This document shows positions 24,676-35,366 of a stretch of DNA of 64,000 nucleotides, in pieces (the first letter of the stretch is position 1; each line of letters begins with the position of its first letter). Under the pieces are notes generated by a model. That model was not told the origin of the DNA and made no database searches. It saw only the letters and a list, made by a program, of their open reading frames with translations. This DNA is from an uncultured Acidobacteriota bacterium (GTDB lineage Bacteria > Acidobacteriota > Vicinamibacteria > Vicinamibacterales > 2-12-FULL-66-21): contig CAVQAH010000024.1 of NCBI GenBank assembly GCA_963710415.1, forward strand, positions 2,405-66,404. The letters run 5' to 3'. Made by a program: the position numbers and the translations under genes.

Positions 24676-24840
24676 CACGGGACGCGGATCTTTGCGGATC
24701 TCTTGGTTCTCGACGGGACGCGGATCTACGCAGATCTGTGGTTTCGTTGGGACGCGGATCTGCGCGATCTCTGGGTTTCGATGGGACGCGGATCTGCGCG
24801 AATCTCTGGGTTTCAACGGGACGCGGATCTACGCGGATCA
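24676..24840 (+). repeat. Tandem array B of the same ~35-bp unit, 5 copies, same orientation as array A
   Basis: gggacgcggatct(t/a/g)(t)gc(g/a)(c)gatct recurs 5 times with 12-15-nt conserved linkers (tcttggttctcga, gtggtttcgtt, ctgggtttcga, ctgggtttcaa). The array starts 4 nt after the stop at 24670-24672. Confidence 0.85.
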
Positions 24841-24939
24841 CTTTTGTCAGCGTTCTTGGTTCGAAGAGCAGTGCGTGTTGGTTTGCGTGTGGACGGTTTA
24901 CGAGTAACGAACCACGGACCACGAACTACAGCAGTCAGT

Positions 24940-25040
24940 GTCCTGAACTCGTCGTGAACCCCCGTCGTGAACCCTCGTCGTGAACCCCGTCCTGAACCCC
25001 GTTTTGAACCCTCGTTCTGAACCCCCGTCGTGAACCCCCG
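24940..25040. repeat. Tandem array of ~9 copies of a 12-13-bp unit (CGTCGTGAACCC)
   Basis: tcctgaactcg tcgtgaaccccc gtcgtgaaccct cgtcgtgaacccc gtcctgaacccc gttttgaaccct cgttctgaaccccc gtcgtgaaccccc. The array ends exactly at the permease stop codon (25041-25043). Confidence 0.85.
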
Positions 25041-27722
25041 TCACTCCACCCTCAGCGCCACGACCGGTTCGATCGTGGCGGCGGCGCGGGCTGGGAGGTA
25101 GCTGGCGGCGAGGGCGACGAGCGCCAGGGCGAAAACGGAGATGCCGAGGGTTCCGGGGTCGTAGGATTCCAGGCCGAAGAGCAGCGCCGAGGCGGTGCGA
25201 CCAGTTGCCAATGCGAGGACGGTACCCAACACGATCCCGATGACGATGAGCAGGGACGCTTCGCGCATGATCATGCGGACCACGGCGGCGCGGCTGGCGC
25301 CGAGCGCCATGCGGACGCCGATCTCGTTGGTCCGCCTGGCGACGGTATAGGAGATGACCCCGTAGAGCCCGATGACGGCGAGCAGTCCCGCGAGAGCTCC
25401 GAAGAATCCCGAGAGTGTGGCCATCAGACGCTCGCGCGCGAGCGTATCGAGCACCTGGGTTTTCAGACTGGTGAAGGACACGACGACCGACGGGTTGAGC
25501 TGTTGAAGTGTTTCCGTGATTCCGGCCGTCACGGCGGCTTGAGGCATTGATGAGCGCACGATGATGCGCTGGTACTCACCCGGTCGCGGGACCTGGTTGA
25601 GGGCGAGAAACACCACGGGATAGGGGTCCTCCCGCAACTCCAGGTAGGTCGCGTCCTCGACGACGCCGACGACGAGGTAGGCGGTTTCGGGCCGTGACGG
25701 CGTCGCTTCGACCTTGAACCGGCGTCCGACGGGGTTCTGGCCGTTGGTGACGACGCGGACGAACGTGCTGTTCACGATCGCCACGAGCGGCGTGGACGGC
25801 GTGTCGGCGTCACTGAAGTCACGGCCGGCGGCCATGGGAATCTCGAGGGTCGCAAAATATCCAGCGCTGACGCGGTTAAAGAGCGCATTGGACCGTGACT
25901 GCCGACTCGTTGCCTTCCATCCAGAGGTCGTTTCCCCACGCGTCGCCGCTGACGGGAACGATGGAGGCTTCGGCGGCGGCGCGTGACGCCCGGGATCGCG
26001 CGCACGCGTTCGAGGACGTCGGCGCGAACGGCGCGGCGGGCGTCTGGCTCGGTGTTCAGCGACCGAAGATCGATCGCGGTGACAACGACACCGTCGGTTG
26101 TGAAACCGGGGTCGACCGCCAGCAGGTTGCGCAAGGTCTGCGCAAACAGGAGTGCGCCGACGAGAAGCATCAGAGAGAGGGCGACCTGCAAGACAACGAG
26201 CGCGCGCCGGAGCGCAAAGCGTTCGCGACTCGCCGTCAGCCCGCGGCCGGCGCTGCGGACGACGCTGGTGACGTTCATGCGGGTCGCGCGAATGGCGGGC
26301 AGCAGGCCGAAGAGCACGCAAGTGAAGACACCGGCTGATACGGTGAATGTGATGACTCGCCAGTCGAGTCCAAGCGCCAGCGAAATCGTTCGGCCCTCCG
26401 GATCGAGGAACGAGATCAGCGTGCGGCTCAGAGACCTCGCGATCAGTGTTCCGCAAACGGCGCCGAGGCACGCCAGGAGCAGGCTCTCGACCAGCAGCTG
26501 GCGGATCACGCGGCCACGAGAAGCACCCAGGCTCAATCGAACGGCGAACTCCCGCTCGCGAGCGCTGGCGCGGGCGAGCATGAGGTTCGCGAGGTTGACG
26601 CAGGCAATCACCAGCACGAGCCCGGCAGTCGCGAGCAGGAGCCACAGGGGACCGGAATAGTCCTCGCGCAAGCCAGACACTCCGCCGCCGCCCGCGATCG
26701 CCTCGAGCTTGAACTGCAGGTACTGATCCTTGCTGACGCCTGGGTAGTCGGCAGGTAGCGTCGCCCGGAACACGGTGGGCGAGATGGCCGCCAGGTGGGA
26801 CGATGCCTGGTCGACGGACCATCCCGGTTTCAAGCGGCCCATGATGGTGAGCCACCAGATCGTTCCGGCGTCGAGCCGATCGGCTGAACGAGATACGACA
26901 GGAACGGCGCACACCGGCAGCGGCGACGTCGAACGACCGGCCGACTTCAACGCCCGTGAAGCCCTCGGCGCTGACACCAATGATCTCGACCTGGTGTCCA
27001 TCGATCGTCATCGTCGTGCCGATGGCCGGCCGGCCCCCGAGCTCACGCATCCAGAAGCCGTGACTCACGACCGCGCGCGGGACGCAGCCCCGCTGGTCGT
27101 CGAGTGGAGAAAACAGCCGTCCCGCGGCCGGGCGAATGCCCAGGACGTCGAAAAAGCGCCCGCTGACCCAGAGGCCGCGAACGGGCCGCGCGACGCCGCC
27201 AGGGGCGATGTTGAAGCTGGTGCTCTGCCACGCCATCAGGGCCGAGAACGCCTCCTGCCCGCGTTGGAGTTCCTCCCAGAGAGGATTGGTGAACGCCGGG
27301 TAACGCGTTTCGACGCTTCCGCGCACGCCAGTCAGGTCTGCGATTCTGAGGAGGGCTAGCGATCCAGGATCGGTGACCGGCAGCGTGCGCAAGCGCACCG
27401 CGTTGATGACCTGAAAGATCGCGGTGTTCACGCCGATGCCGAGCGTCAGCGAGAGCAGCGCGACAAGCGTGAAGCCGGGGCTGCGCCGCAGCAGGCGCGC
27501 GGCATAGGCGAGATCCTGGATCAGCCGCTCGAGCCCCCGCCAGCCCCACATCTCGCGAGTGACCTCCTTGACGAGCGCCACGTTCCCGAGCTCGCGGCGC
27601 GCCGCGGCTTCCGCCTCGGGGCGTGACTCGCCGCGCTCCATCCGATCCCTGACAGACATCGCGAGATGGCTGCGAATCTCCTCGTCCAGCTCATCGTCAC
27701 GCGTCGGCTTGTTCGCTGTCAT
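25041..27722 (-). CDS. Duplicated FtsX/MacB-type permease (acidobacterial 'ADOP'-like), frame broken near 26925 and twice near 25975
   Basis: N-terminus ...EEIRSHLAMSVRDRMERGESRPEAEAAARRELGNVALVKE...LRRSPGFTLVALLSLTLGIGVNTAIF. The middle part is in the frame of ORF 25772..27001 (MGRLKPGW...VIACVNLANLMLARASAREREFAVRLSLGASRGRV). C-terminus ...TNEIGVRMALGASRAAVVRMIM...EPVVALRVE*. Collinear with the intact paralog at 48330..51023. Confidence 0.8.
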   Translation of the reverse strand: MTANKPTRDDELDEEIRSHLAMSVRDRMERGESRPEAEAAARRELGNVALVKEVTREMWGWRGLERLIQDLAYAARLLRRSPGFTLVALLSLTLGIGVNTAIFQVINAVRLRTLPVTDPGSLALLRIADLTGVRGSVETRYPAFTNPLWEELQRGQEAFSALMAWQSTSFNIAPGGVARPVRGLWVSGRFFDVLGIRPAAGRLFSPLDDQRGCVPRAVVSHGFWMRELGGRPAIGTTMTIDGHQVEIIGVSAEGFTGVEVGRSFDVAAAGVRRSCRISFSRSARRRNDLVAHHHGPLETGMVRRPGIVPPGGHLAHRVPGDATCRLPRRQQGSVPAVQARGDRGRRRSVWLARGLFRSPVAPARDCRARAGDCLRQPREPHARPRQRSRAGVRRSIEPGCFSWPRDPPAAGREPAPGVPRRRLRNTDREVSEPHADLVPRSGGPNDFAGAWTRLASHHIHRISRCLHLRALRPAARHSRDPHERHQRRPQRRPRADGESRTLCAPARARCLAGRPLSDASRRRTPVCADLAQPAGGRPRFHNRRCRCHRDRSSVAEHRARRPPRRSRRRPRTRARDPGRHAPPPKPPSFPSAATRGETTSGWKATSRQSRSNALFNRVSAGYFATLEIPMAAGRDFSDADTPSTPLVAIVNSTFVRVVTNGQNPVGRRFKVEATPSRPETAYLVVGVVEDATYLELREDPYPVVFLALNQVPRPGEYQRIIVRSSMPQAAVTAGITETLQQLNPSVVVSFTSLKTQVLDTLARERLMATLSGFFGALAGLLAVIGLYGVISYTVARRTNEIGVRMALGASRAAVVRMIMREASLLIVIGIVLGTVLALATGRTASALLFGLESYDPGTLGISVFALALVALAASYLPARAAATIEPVVALRVE

Positions 27723-27732
27723 GACCCGGCCC

Positions 27733-28089
27733 TCATTCCGGTTGCGGCGCGTTCAGGATCCCCGCGACGGCGTCCACGAACTGCGCCCACCGCGACCGCT
27801 GCGAGGTGAGCTGATCCCGTCCTCGCCGCGTCAGCCGGTACACCCGCGTTCGCTGCTTGTTGTCGGAGAGCTTCCACGACGCGGCGATGAGTTTCTGCCG
27901 CTCGAGGCGATGGAGCGCCGGATAGAGCGAGCCGGTGTCCACCTGGAGGACGTCGCTCGAGTTGAGGCGGATCGCCTGGGCGATACCGTAGCCGTGCTGC
28001 GGCCCCCACTGGAGCGTGCGCAGAATCAGAAGGTCGAGCGTGCCCTGCAGCAGCTCGATGCGGTTGTGGTATTTGCTCGCGCGTGGCAT
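27733..28089 (-). CDS. PadR-family transcriptional regulator
   Basis: Intact 118-aa ORF with [28 protein letters not shown]...[20 protein letters not shown]. It ends 10 nt upstream of the permease start. Confidence 0.9.
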   Translation of the reverse strand: MPRASKYHNRIELLQGTLDLLILRTLQWGPQHGYGIAQAIRLNSSDVLQVDTGSLYPALHRLERQKLIAASWKLSDNKQRTRVYRLTRRGRDQLTSQRSRWAQFVDAVAGILNAPQPE

Positions 28090-28129
28090 GGGAGTAGATA
28101 GTCTACTCCCATGGAGGTAGTGTGTCTAC
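28090..28129 (-). promoter_or_regulatory. Two adjacent GTAG-N5-CTAC palindromes abutting the padR start (candidate PadR operator)
   Basis: gggagtagatagtctactccc (28090-28110; 9-bp arms, 3-nt centre) and gtagtgtgtctac (28117-28129). A related TAGATTATCT core lies 9-18 nt upstream of the second padR (51401-51412). Confidence 0.4.
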
Positions 28130-28132
28130 ATG

Positions 28133-28207
28133 CGTGGTCCGTAGTCCGTAGTTCGTGGCTCGCGAGTCCGATGGTCGCCTGCTGTCGAGTCGAGACACGG
28201 ACCACGG
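28133..28207. repeat. Palindromic element, GTGGTTCGTGG family
   Basis: cgtggtccgt (28134-28143) pairs with acggaccacg (28197-28206). Internal gtagttcgtgg resembles the copies at 3211-3299 and 52255-52352. Confidence 0.6.
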
Positions 28208-28220
28208 CGACGGCACGGCG

Positions 28221-31200
28221 CTACATCACTTCATCTTCGCTTTGACCGCGTCGAGCGCCGCGATCACCGACTCCGGCCTGCTTGGCGTAGGTCGCGATCC
28301 ATTCCATCTGCGCAGCGGTCGGGCGGCCGCTGTAGTTGCCGACCTGAATGGTCAGCCAGTTGATCCGGCCCGGCAGGTTCACGTGACCCGGATCGCGCGC
28401 GTCGCCGCGCAACGCCAGTACGATTGGGCGCAACTCGCGACGCACCTCATCGATCTGGGCTTTCGTCGCCGTCGCACCTCCTCGCGATTCCATCTCGCTC
28501 AGGCGCCGCTCGATACCTGAGAGCTCGGCCGCGGCGCGATCGAGCGAACATTCGGTGCGCTCGATGGTGCGCGCGGCGGTCAGCCACGCCTGCATGTCGT
28601 CGCCGCTCGTCTTGATCCGCGGATCTTGCCGCACGGTCAGTGGTTGCTCGAGCGACTGTCCCGCTGCGGTGAGGCGCACGGTGTATTGCCCCGGGATGGC
28701 GCGCACCCAGGTGCCGCCGCCGCGCCCGCCCCGGCCGCGCCCGCGTCCGCGACCCGAATCTCCCGAATCGGAGACGGGTGGACACGACGACGACTCAGAG
28801 AGGTTCCAGACAGCACGGTTCAACCCGGCGGCGCCAGGACCACGAAACGACTGGACGTCGCGTCCCGAGGCGTCCCTGATGACAATCTCGACGCCTCCTT
28901 GAATCGCCTGGGACAGCGAGTAGGTGATGATGCCCCCGTACGGCTGATTGCGCGCGACCCAGACGCGGTTGCCGAGCACGCTGGTGTCGCTGGCGGGCGT
29001 ATAGCGAACGGCGGGCATGGGTTTGAAGAGAATTGGTGCGGCTGACGCGGAGGGTGACGCGGAGCTGAAGCTCCGCGCTGCTGATGCCATCTCCTGCAGC
29101 GCCGTCACGTCGTCCAGGATGTAGAAGCCGCGGGCGTGTGTGGCGATCACCAGATCGTTGTCGCGAGGATGCAGCTTCATGTCGACCACTGCGAGTGGTG
29201 GAAGGCCAAGGCGCAGATCCGTCCACGATGCGCCCTTGTCGAACGACGCCCAGATACCGAGCTCGGTGCCGACGTAGAGGAGGTTCGGCGATTTCGCATC
29301 CTCGAGCACCACGTGCGCGTAGCCGCGCAGACCCTGGCTGATGGCGCGCCACGAGCGGCCGTAGTCGTTGGTCACGAAGACGTACGGCTTGAAGTCGTCC
29401 AGGCGATGCTGATCAATCGTCAGGTAAGCTGTGCCCGCGTCGACAGTCGACGCGCTGATCGAGGACACCCACGAGAACTTCGGAGCGCCGGTGATGTTCG
29501 GCGCGACATTGGTCCAGCTCTTGCCCCCATCCCGCGTCACCTGCACGTTCCCGTCGTCTGTGCCGGCCCAGACCACTGCCGGATCGCGCGGGCTCTCGGC
29601 GATCGAGATGATCGTGCAATGGAACTCTGCGCGGGTGTTGTCGGTGCTGATAGGACCGCCGCTGGATTTCTGCTTGTCGGGATCGTTCGTCGAGAGATCG
29701 GGACTGATCGCGGTCCAGGTCTCGCCGCGATCGGTCGTCTTGAACAACACATTGCCGCCGTAATAGAGCACGTCGGGGTTGGACGGCGACATGTGAATCG
29801 GCGAGTTCCAGTTGAAGCGGTATTTCTCCAGATTCGCACCGCCGCCCGCGGGACCCGGCGGGTACGGCTGGATGTAGCGCTCCTCCTGATTGCGCATGTC
29901 CAGGCGGGTGATGTCGCCGAAATGTCCGTTGTAGTAGATCAGGTTGGGATCGCGGGGATCGGTCACCGTGTACATTCCATCGGCCATATAGCGAAGCCGC
30001 ACCCAGTCGCCTTCTCGTACGCCAACCTGGTTCCACTTCTCGTTCGGACCGCGCCAGATCTCGTGATCCTGGAAACCGCCCAGCACGTTGTACGGTTCGG
30101 CCATGTCGATGCCGACGTGATACGGCTGCGCCATCGGCATGTTGTTCACGAAATCCCAGTTCCGGCCGTAGTCGTTCGAAATGAAGAACCCGCCGTCGGT
30201 GCCCGAGAACAACCGCTTTGGATTGGTCGGGTCGATCCAGAGCGCGTGGTGGTCGCCGAACATGCGGCCTCCGGCTTGACCGAACGTGCGGCCACCGTCG
30301 GTCGACACGTTGAACGAGCCCGACAAGCGTGTAGACGCGATTGGCGTCCACCGGATCGCTGCGCACCTGCGTGTAGTAGAAGGGCCGGTTGTTGATCCGC
30401 CGTTCGCTGTTCACGACCGTCCACGTCTCGCCCCGGTCCTGGGAGCGCCAGAGCACGCCCTCTTCCTGCGCCTCGATCAACGCGTAAACGATCCGGGGAT
30501 CCTGCTGATGGACGCTCACCCCGATGCGCCCGAGCAGCCTGGCGCCCGGCAGCCCGTTCTTCAGCGCCGGATCCGTCAGCTTGCGCCACGTCTTGCCGCC
30601 GTCAGTCGACCGGTACAGCCCGCTGCCGGGACCACCGCTGCGGAAGAACCAGGGCTGACGCAGGTAGTCGTACATGCCGGCATACACGATCTGCGGGTCC
30701 TTCGGATCGAAGGCGACGTCGCTGGCGCCGGTCGTCTCGTTGACGAACAGGGTCCGCTGCCAGGTCGCGCCACCGTCGGAGGATCGGAAGATGCCGCGCT
30801 CGCTGTTCGGACCGAAGGCGCGGCCCAGGGCGGCGGCAATGACCACCTGCGGATTCGCCGGGTGGATGACAATGCGCGAGAATCGCTCCGTCTCCTTGAG
30901 CCCCAGGTGTTTCCAGCTCCGCCCGCCGTCGGTCGTCTTGTAGACGCCATCGCCGAACGAGATGCTGTTGCGCACCGCGCCCTCGCCGGTGCCGACGTAG
31001 ACCACGTCGGGGTTGTCGGGCTGGACGGCAATGGCGCCAATCGAGAGGGTGTTGCCCGTCTCGAAGACCGGATCGAAGGTGACCCCCCCGTTGACCGACT
31101 TGTAGAGACCGGACGATGCGGCGCCAACGTATAGGATGTCGGGGTTGCCAGGGACGCCAGCCACGTCGGCCACGCGGCCGGCGAACATGGCCGGTCCGAC

Positions 31201-31312
31201 GAGGCGCCATTCGAGGCCGGTCACAGCTCGGCCATTCGACCCATTCGTGCCCTGCGAGGGGCGCGGGGGCGGCGACGAGCAACATCAGCAGGAACGCAGC
31301 AGCTATACGCAT
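28221..31312 (-). CDS. Exported BNR/sortilin(VPS10)-like repeat glycosyl-hydrolase-like protein (frame breaks near 31250 and 30330)
   Basis: Signal peptide MRIAAAFLLMLLVAAPAPLA. Repeated S-x-D-x-G-x-T-W (BNR/Asp-box) motifs: [82 protein letters not shown] tract near 28715-28775. Confidence 0.8.
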
Positions 31313-31432
31313 GCCGGCAATCTAGAGGAAGGCACGGCGCGCGACCAACTGTTTCTTCTTATCGTGCCATTAGGCCTGATTGGTCGCGCCGGACCGGCTA
31401 TCCAACTGTTCGTCCCACGGCAGAGACCGGGG

Positions 31433-31448
31433 ATTATGGCGCCATAAT
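31433..31448. promoter_or_regulatory. Perfect 16-bp palindrome ATTATGGCGCCATAAT in a divergent intergenic region
   Basis: Read directly from the sequence. It lies between the divergent starts at 31312 (-) and 31576 (+). A 10-bp inverted repeat gcgcgaccaa (31339-31348) / ttggtcgcgc (31380-31389) lies beside it. Confidence 0.35.
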
Positions 31449-31575
31449 GCGTTCCGATTGGCTCGGCTGGCCGCGTAACGCTAGCATCACGTCCTAGGCG
31501 TAACAGACACCCCGGGAGGAGTTCGCCCTCGTCCTCTGCGCTGCGTTTCTTCGATACTGCGAATAGGGAGGAAGC

Positions 31576-34500
31576 ATGTATCGCTCCAGTTCTCGTACAT
31601 TGCTCTTTTTGCTCCTGGTGGTGTGCCCGTTGCTGCCATCCCCAGGCATGGCCCAGACACGAACGACAGGTCAGATCGTTGGCACGGTCAAAGACGCCAC
31701 CGGCGCGGTGGTTCCGAACGCGGAAATCGTCCTGATCGACACCGGCACCGGCAACTCGCGTTGAGGGCAAGAGCGGACCGGAAGGCGGATTCGTCTTCCC
31801 GAACCTCCAGCCCGGCACCTACACGCATCACGGCGACCGCGCAGGGCTTCCAGCCGGTGACCGTTCAGAGGCATTCCGGTCCACACCTCGCGGTCGACCG
31901 ACCTCACCGTCCAGTTCCAGGTCGCGGGGGTCACCGAGGCGATTCAGGTCGAGGGGCGGTCGGCCGTCGTCGAAACGACGTCGACCACCATCGCGAACAC
32001 CGTGAGCAACGAGGAGATCGCCAAGCTGCCGATGGCCGGCCGCAACATCCTGAGCTTCGCGCTGCTCGTGCCGGGCGCGGCGCAGAGCGCCGGCTCGCGC
32101 GACAGCGAATACAACGGTCTGCCCGGCGGCGCCATCAACATCACGCTCGACGGCGTGAACAACAACTCGCAGCGGTTCCGCAGCGGCGGCACGAGCTTCT
32201 TCGTGTTCGCGCCGATTCGCCTCGGCGCCATCGAGGAGGTCACGGTCTCGACCGCCGGCCTGACGTCAGAGGCCGGCGCCGAAGGTGCCGTGCAGGTGCA
32301 GTTCGCGACCAAGCGCGGCAGCAACACATTCCGCGGCCAGTTCTTCGACACCTACCAGAGCGAGAAACTGAACGCGCAGGGCGCCGTGAACAAGTCACGC
32401 GGCATTCCGAAAACCAAGCTGCGCCAGCACGAGTACGGCGGCAACGTCGGCGGCCCGATCATCCACAACAAGCTGTTCTTCTTCGCCAACTACGAGCAGC
32501 AGTACTCGCCGAGCGAGAACACGCAGGATCGCGACCGTGCTCACGCCGGAGGCGCAGCAGGGCATCTTCCGCTACACCGCGACCGACAACAGCGTCCGCA
32601 CCATCAACCTGCTCGACCTGGCGCGCTCCAACGGGCTGCCTGGCACAATCGATCCGTACATCGCGTCGCAGCTCCAGATCATCAACGGGACACTGAACCA
32701 GGGCGATCTCGCGGCGTCGACGACGCTCTACCAGAACACGTTCAGGTTCATCAACGAGCAGATCCCCAACATCAACGTCTATCCGACCGCGCGCGTCGAC
32801 TACCAGGCGGCGTCGTCTCTGGCGATCCGCGGCGTGCTGAACCTCCACTACCGCGACCTGCCGACCAACCCGCAGTTTCCGGGACTCGAGCGGGTCAACG
32901 GCGGCTTCACGTCGAACTACTACATCATCTCGACCGGCGCCGACTGGACGATCACGCAGCAACCTGTTCAACCAGACCGTCGTTCGGCGTGCAGAGCAAC
33001 TATCGAAGAGTTCAACCCGGGCAACACGCTGGACAACTCTACAACCGGGTCGGCGGGAACGTCGTCAATTTCCCGCTGAGCCTCGTCGCCCGCGACGCCC
33101 ACCGGCAACGTGCTGCCGATCCCCCGCAACAACCCGGTCTACAACATCTCGAACACGCTGACCTGGCTCAAGGGGCGGCACACGTTGACGTTCGGCGGCA
33201 TGTTCCGCCGGACGACGATGTACGAGTCGATCGGCGGCAACCCGCCGGCGATCACGCTGGGCATCGGCACGGGCGACCCGGCCGCGAACGTCATCTCCGT
33301 CGCGAACATCCCCGGCCTGCGCGCAGCGGACCTCACGCACCGCGCAGATCCTCTACGCGTTCCTCGCGGGACGCATCAGCACCGCGGGCGGCAACTACTT
33401 CCTCGACGAGGACACGCTGCGAGTACCGGCTCGGCCCGGCGTTCCGCCGCGAGGAGCAGAACGTCGGCGGCCTCTTCGCGCAGGACCAGTGGCGCATCAA
33501 CCCGCAGCTGACCGTGAACTACGGCATGCGGTGGGAGTTCAGCGGCGCCATGGCGAACGCCAACGAGGTCTACAGCGGCCCGACCGTCGCGGGGCTGTAC
33601 GGGCCGTCGACGGCAGTGTTCCAGCCCGGCGTGCTCAACGGCGATTTGAATCCGCAGATCTTGCTGCGGCCGAAGCCGTACAAGGGGGACTTCGTCAATC
33701 CCGGCGCCGAACGTCGGCATGGCGTGGAACCCCGACAAGCCGGACGGCTTCCTCGGCACGCTGCTCGGCAAGGCCGTCTACCGCGGCGAACTTCGGCATC
33801 AACTACTACGACGAGGGGCTCATCCCCTTCCAGACCGCGAACGGCAACGGTCCGGGCCTGCAGCCAGACGCTCGCGCTGCCGACGTTCACGCCGGGCTCG
33901 CTGAGCCTGCAGAGCACCGCTGCCGGCCGTACACGGCGCACGCCGACGACGTTCGCGTTCCCGATCCCGATGTCCGGCTTCACGTTCAACCGCGGCTTCG
34001 CGACGACGCAGGAGGACATGAAGAGCCCGATGATCGTGCAACTGGACGCTCGGCTACCAGCGCGAGCTCTGGCGCGACGCGGCGCTCGAGATCCGCTACG
34101 TCGGCAACCGCGGCAACAACCTCTGGCGGTTCTACAACATCAACGAGACGAACATCATCGAGAACAACTTCCTGCAGGAGTTCCGCAACGCGCAGCGAAA
34201 CCTGGCGATCAACGTGGCCAACGGCCGAACCGGCTTCGCCAACAACGGGCTGCCCGGCCAGGTCGCGCTGCCGATCTTCGAAACCGCGTTCGGACCGCGC
34301 GGATCGCAGCCGGCGCTCGCCGCCACGGCCGGCTTCAACAACGCCACGTTCATCACGCAACCTGCAGCAGGGCGAGGCTGGCCGGCTGGCGAACACGTTC
34401 GCCGGCTCCGGCGCCAACACGTTCCAGTACACGTGCCGGCTGGTCGGCAACAACCTGGCCGGCTGCGCGTCGAGCGGATACAACGCGCCGGGCCCCTACC

Positions 34501-35359
34501 CGATCAACTTCTTCCAGGCGAATCCGTTCGCGGCGGGCCAGACCGCTGCGGCTGCTGACCGACGAGGCGTCGTCGGAGTACGACGCGCTGCAGCTGCAGT
34601 ACCGCCAGCGCTACCACAACGGCCTGTCGATGACGGCGAACTACACGTTCGGCAAGGCGCGCACGGACCGCTATCTCGATCAGCGCGGACTGACAGCAGG
34701 ACTACCGCACGCTGCGCGACAAGTCGCTGGACTGGGGGCCGACCGGCTACGACCTGCGGCACATCTTCCAGGTGTACGGCACGTACGAACTGCCCTTCGG
34801 CGACGGACGCCGCTACGACATCCAGAACGGGGTCGCTGGAACAAGTTCTGGGAGGCTGGGCCGCCTCGGCGATCGTCCGCATGCAGAGCGGCAGGCCGTT
34901 CCTGCTGCAGAGCGGACGGCAGACGCTCAACCAGGAAGATGCGGGCGTCATCCTGCGCGGCATCACCGTGAAGGAACTGCAGGACATGGTGAACGTCAGG
35001 CCGGGACCGAACGGCAACGTGTACTTCTTCGACGAACGGCTGATCGGACCCGACGGCCGCGTCGAACCCGGAGTTCCTGACGTATCCGACCGAACCCGGA
35101 CAGCAGGGTCAGTACGTTTACCTCTACGGTCCTGGACTGGTGGCCGCCGATATCGGGCTGGCCAAGACGTTCCGGCTCGGGGGGAGCACCACGTTCAACT
35201 TCGAGACGCTGTTCATCAACGCCTTCAACCATCGCAACACGACGGTTGGCGGCACGGGCGGCGCCACGCACAGCATCGACTCGACGACGTTCGGTCAGTC
35301 GACGGGCGTCGCGCGTCAACTCGCGCCAGATTCAGTTCCGATTGGGGCTCAACTGGTAG
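31576..35359 (+). pseudogene. TonB-dependent receptor (CarboxypepD_reg type) broken by about 21 single-base frame changes
   Basis: The protein can be read continuously only by stepping frame 1>2>0>1... Order of segments: MYRSS...TTGQIVGTVKDATGAVVPNAEIVLIDTGTGNS / VEGKSGPEGGFVFPNLQPGTYT / ITATAQGFQPVTVQR / IPVH...NEEIAKLPMAGRNILSF... / TVLTPEAQQGIFRY... / ... / RQIQFRLGLNW* (stop at 35357-35359). No in-frame stops appear inside the recovered segments. Confidence 0.85.
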
Positions 35360-35366
35360 GGAGCTG

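Noticed and set aside
23513-24840. CRISPR array interpretation of the ~35-bp tandem repeats
   Set aside because: The segments between the conserved cores are only 12-15 nt long and are themselves conserved between units. The two arrays are separated by a housekeeping-type gene, and no cas genes are present in the window.
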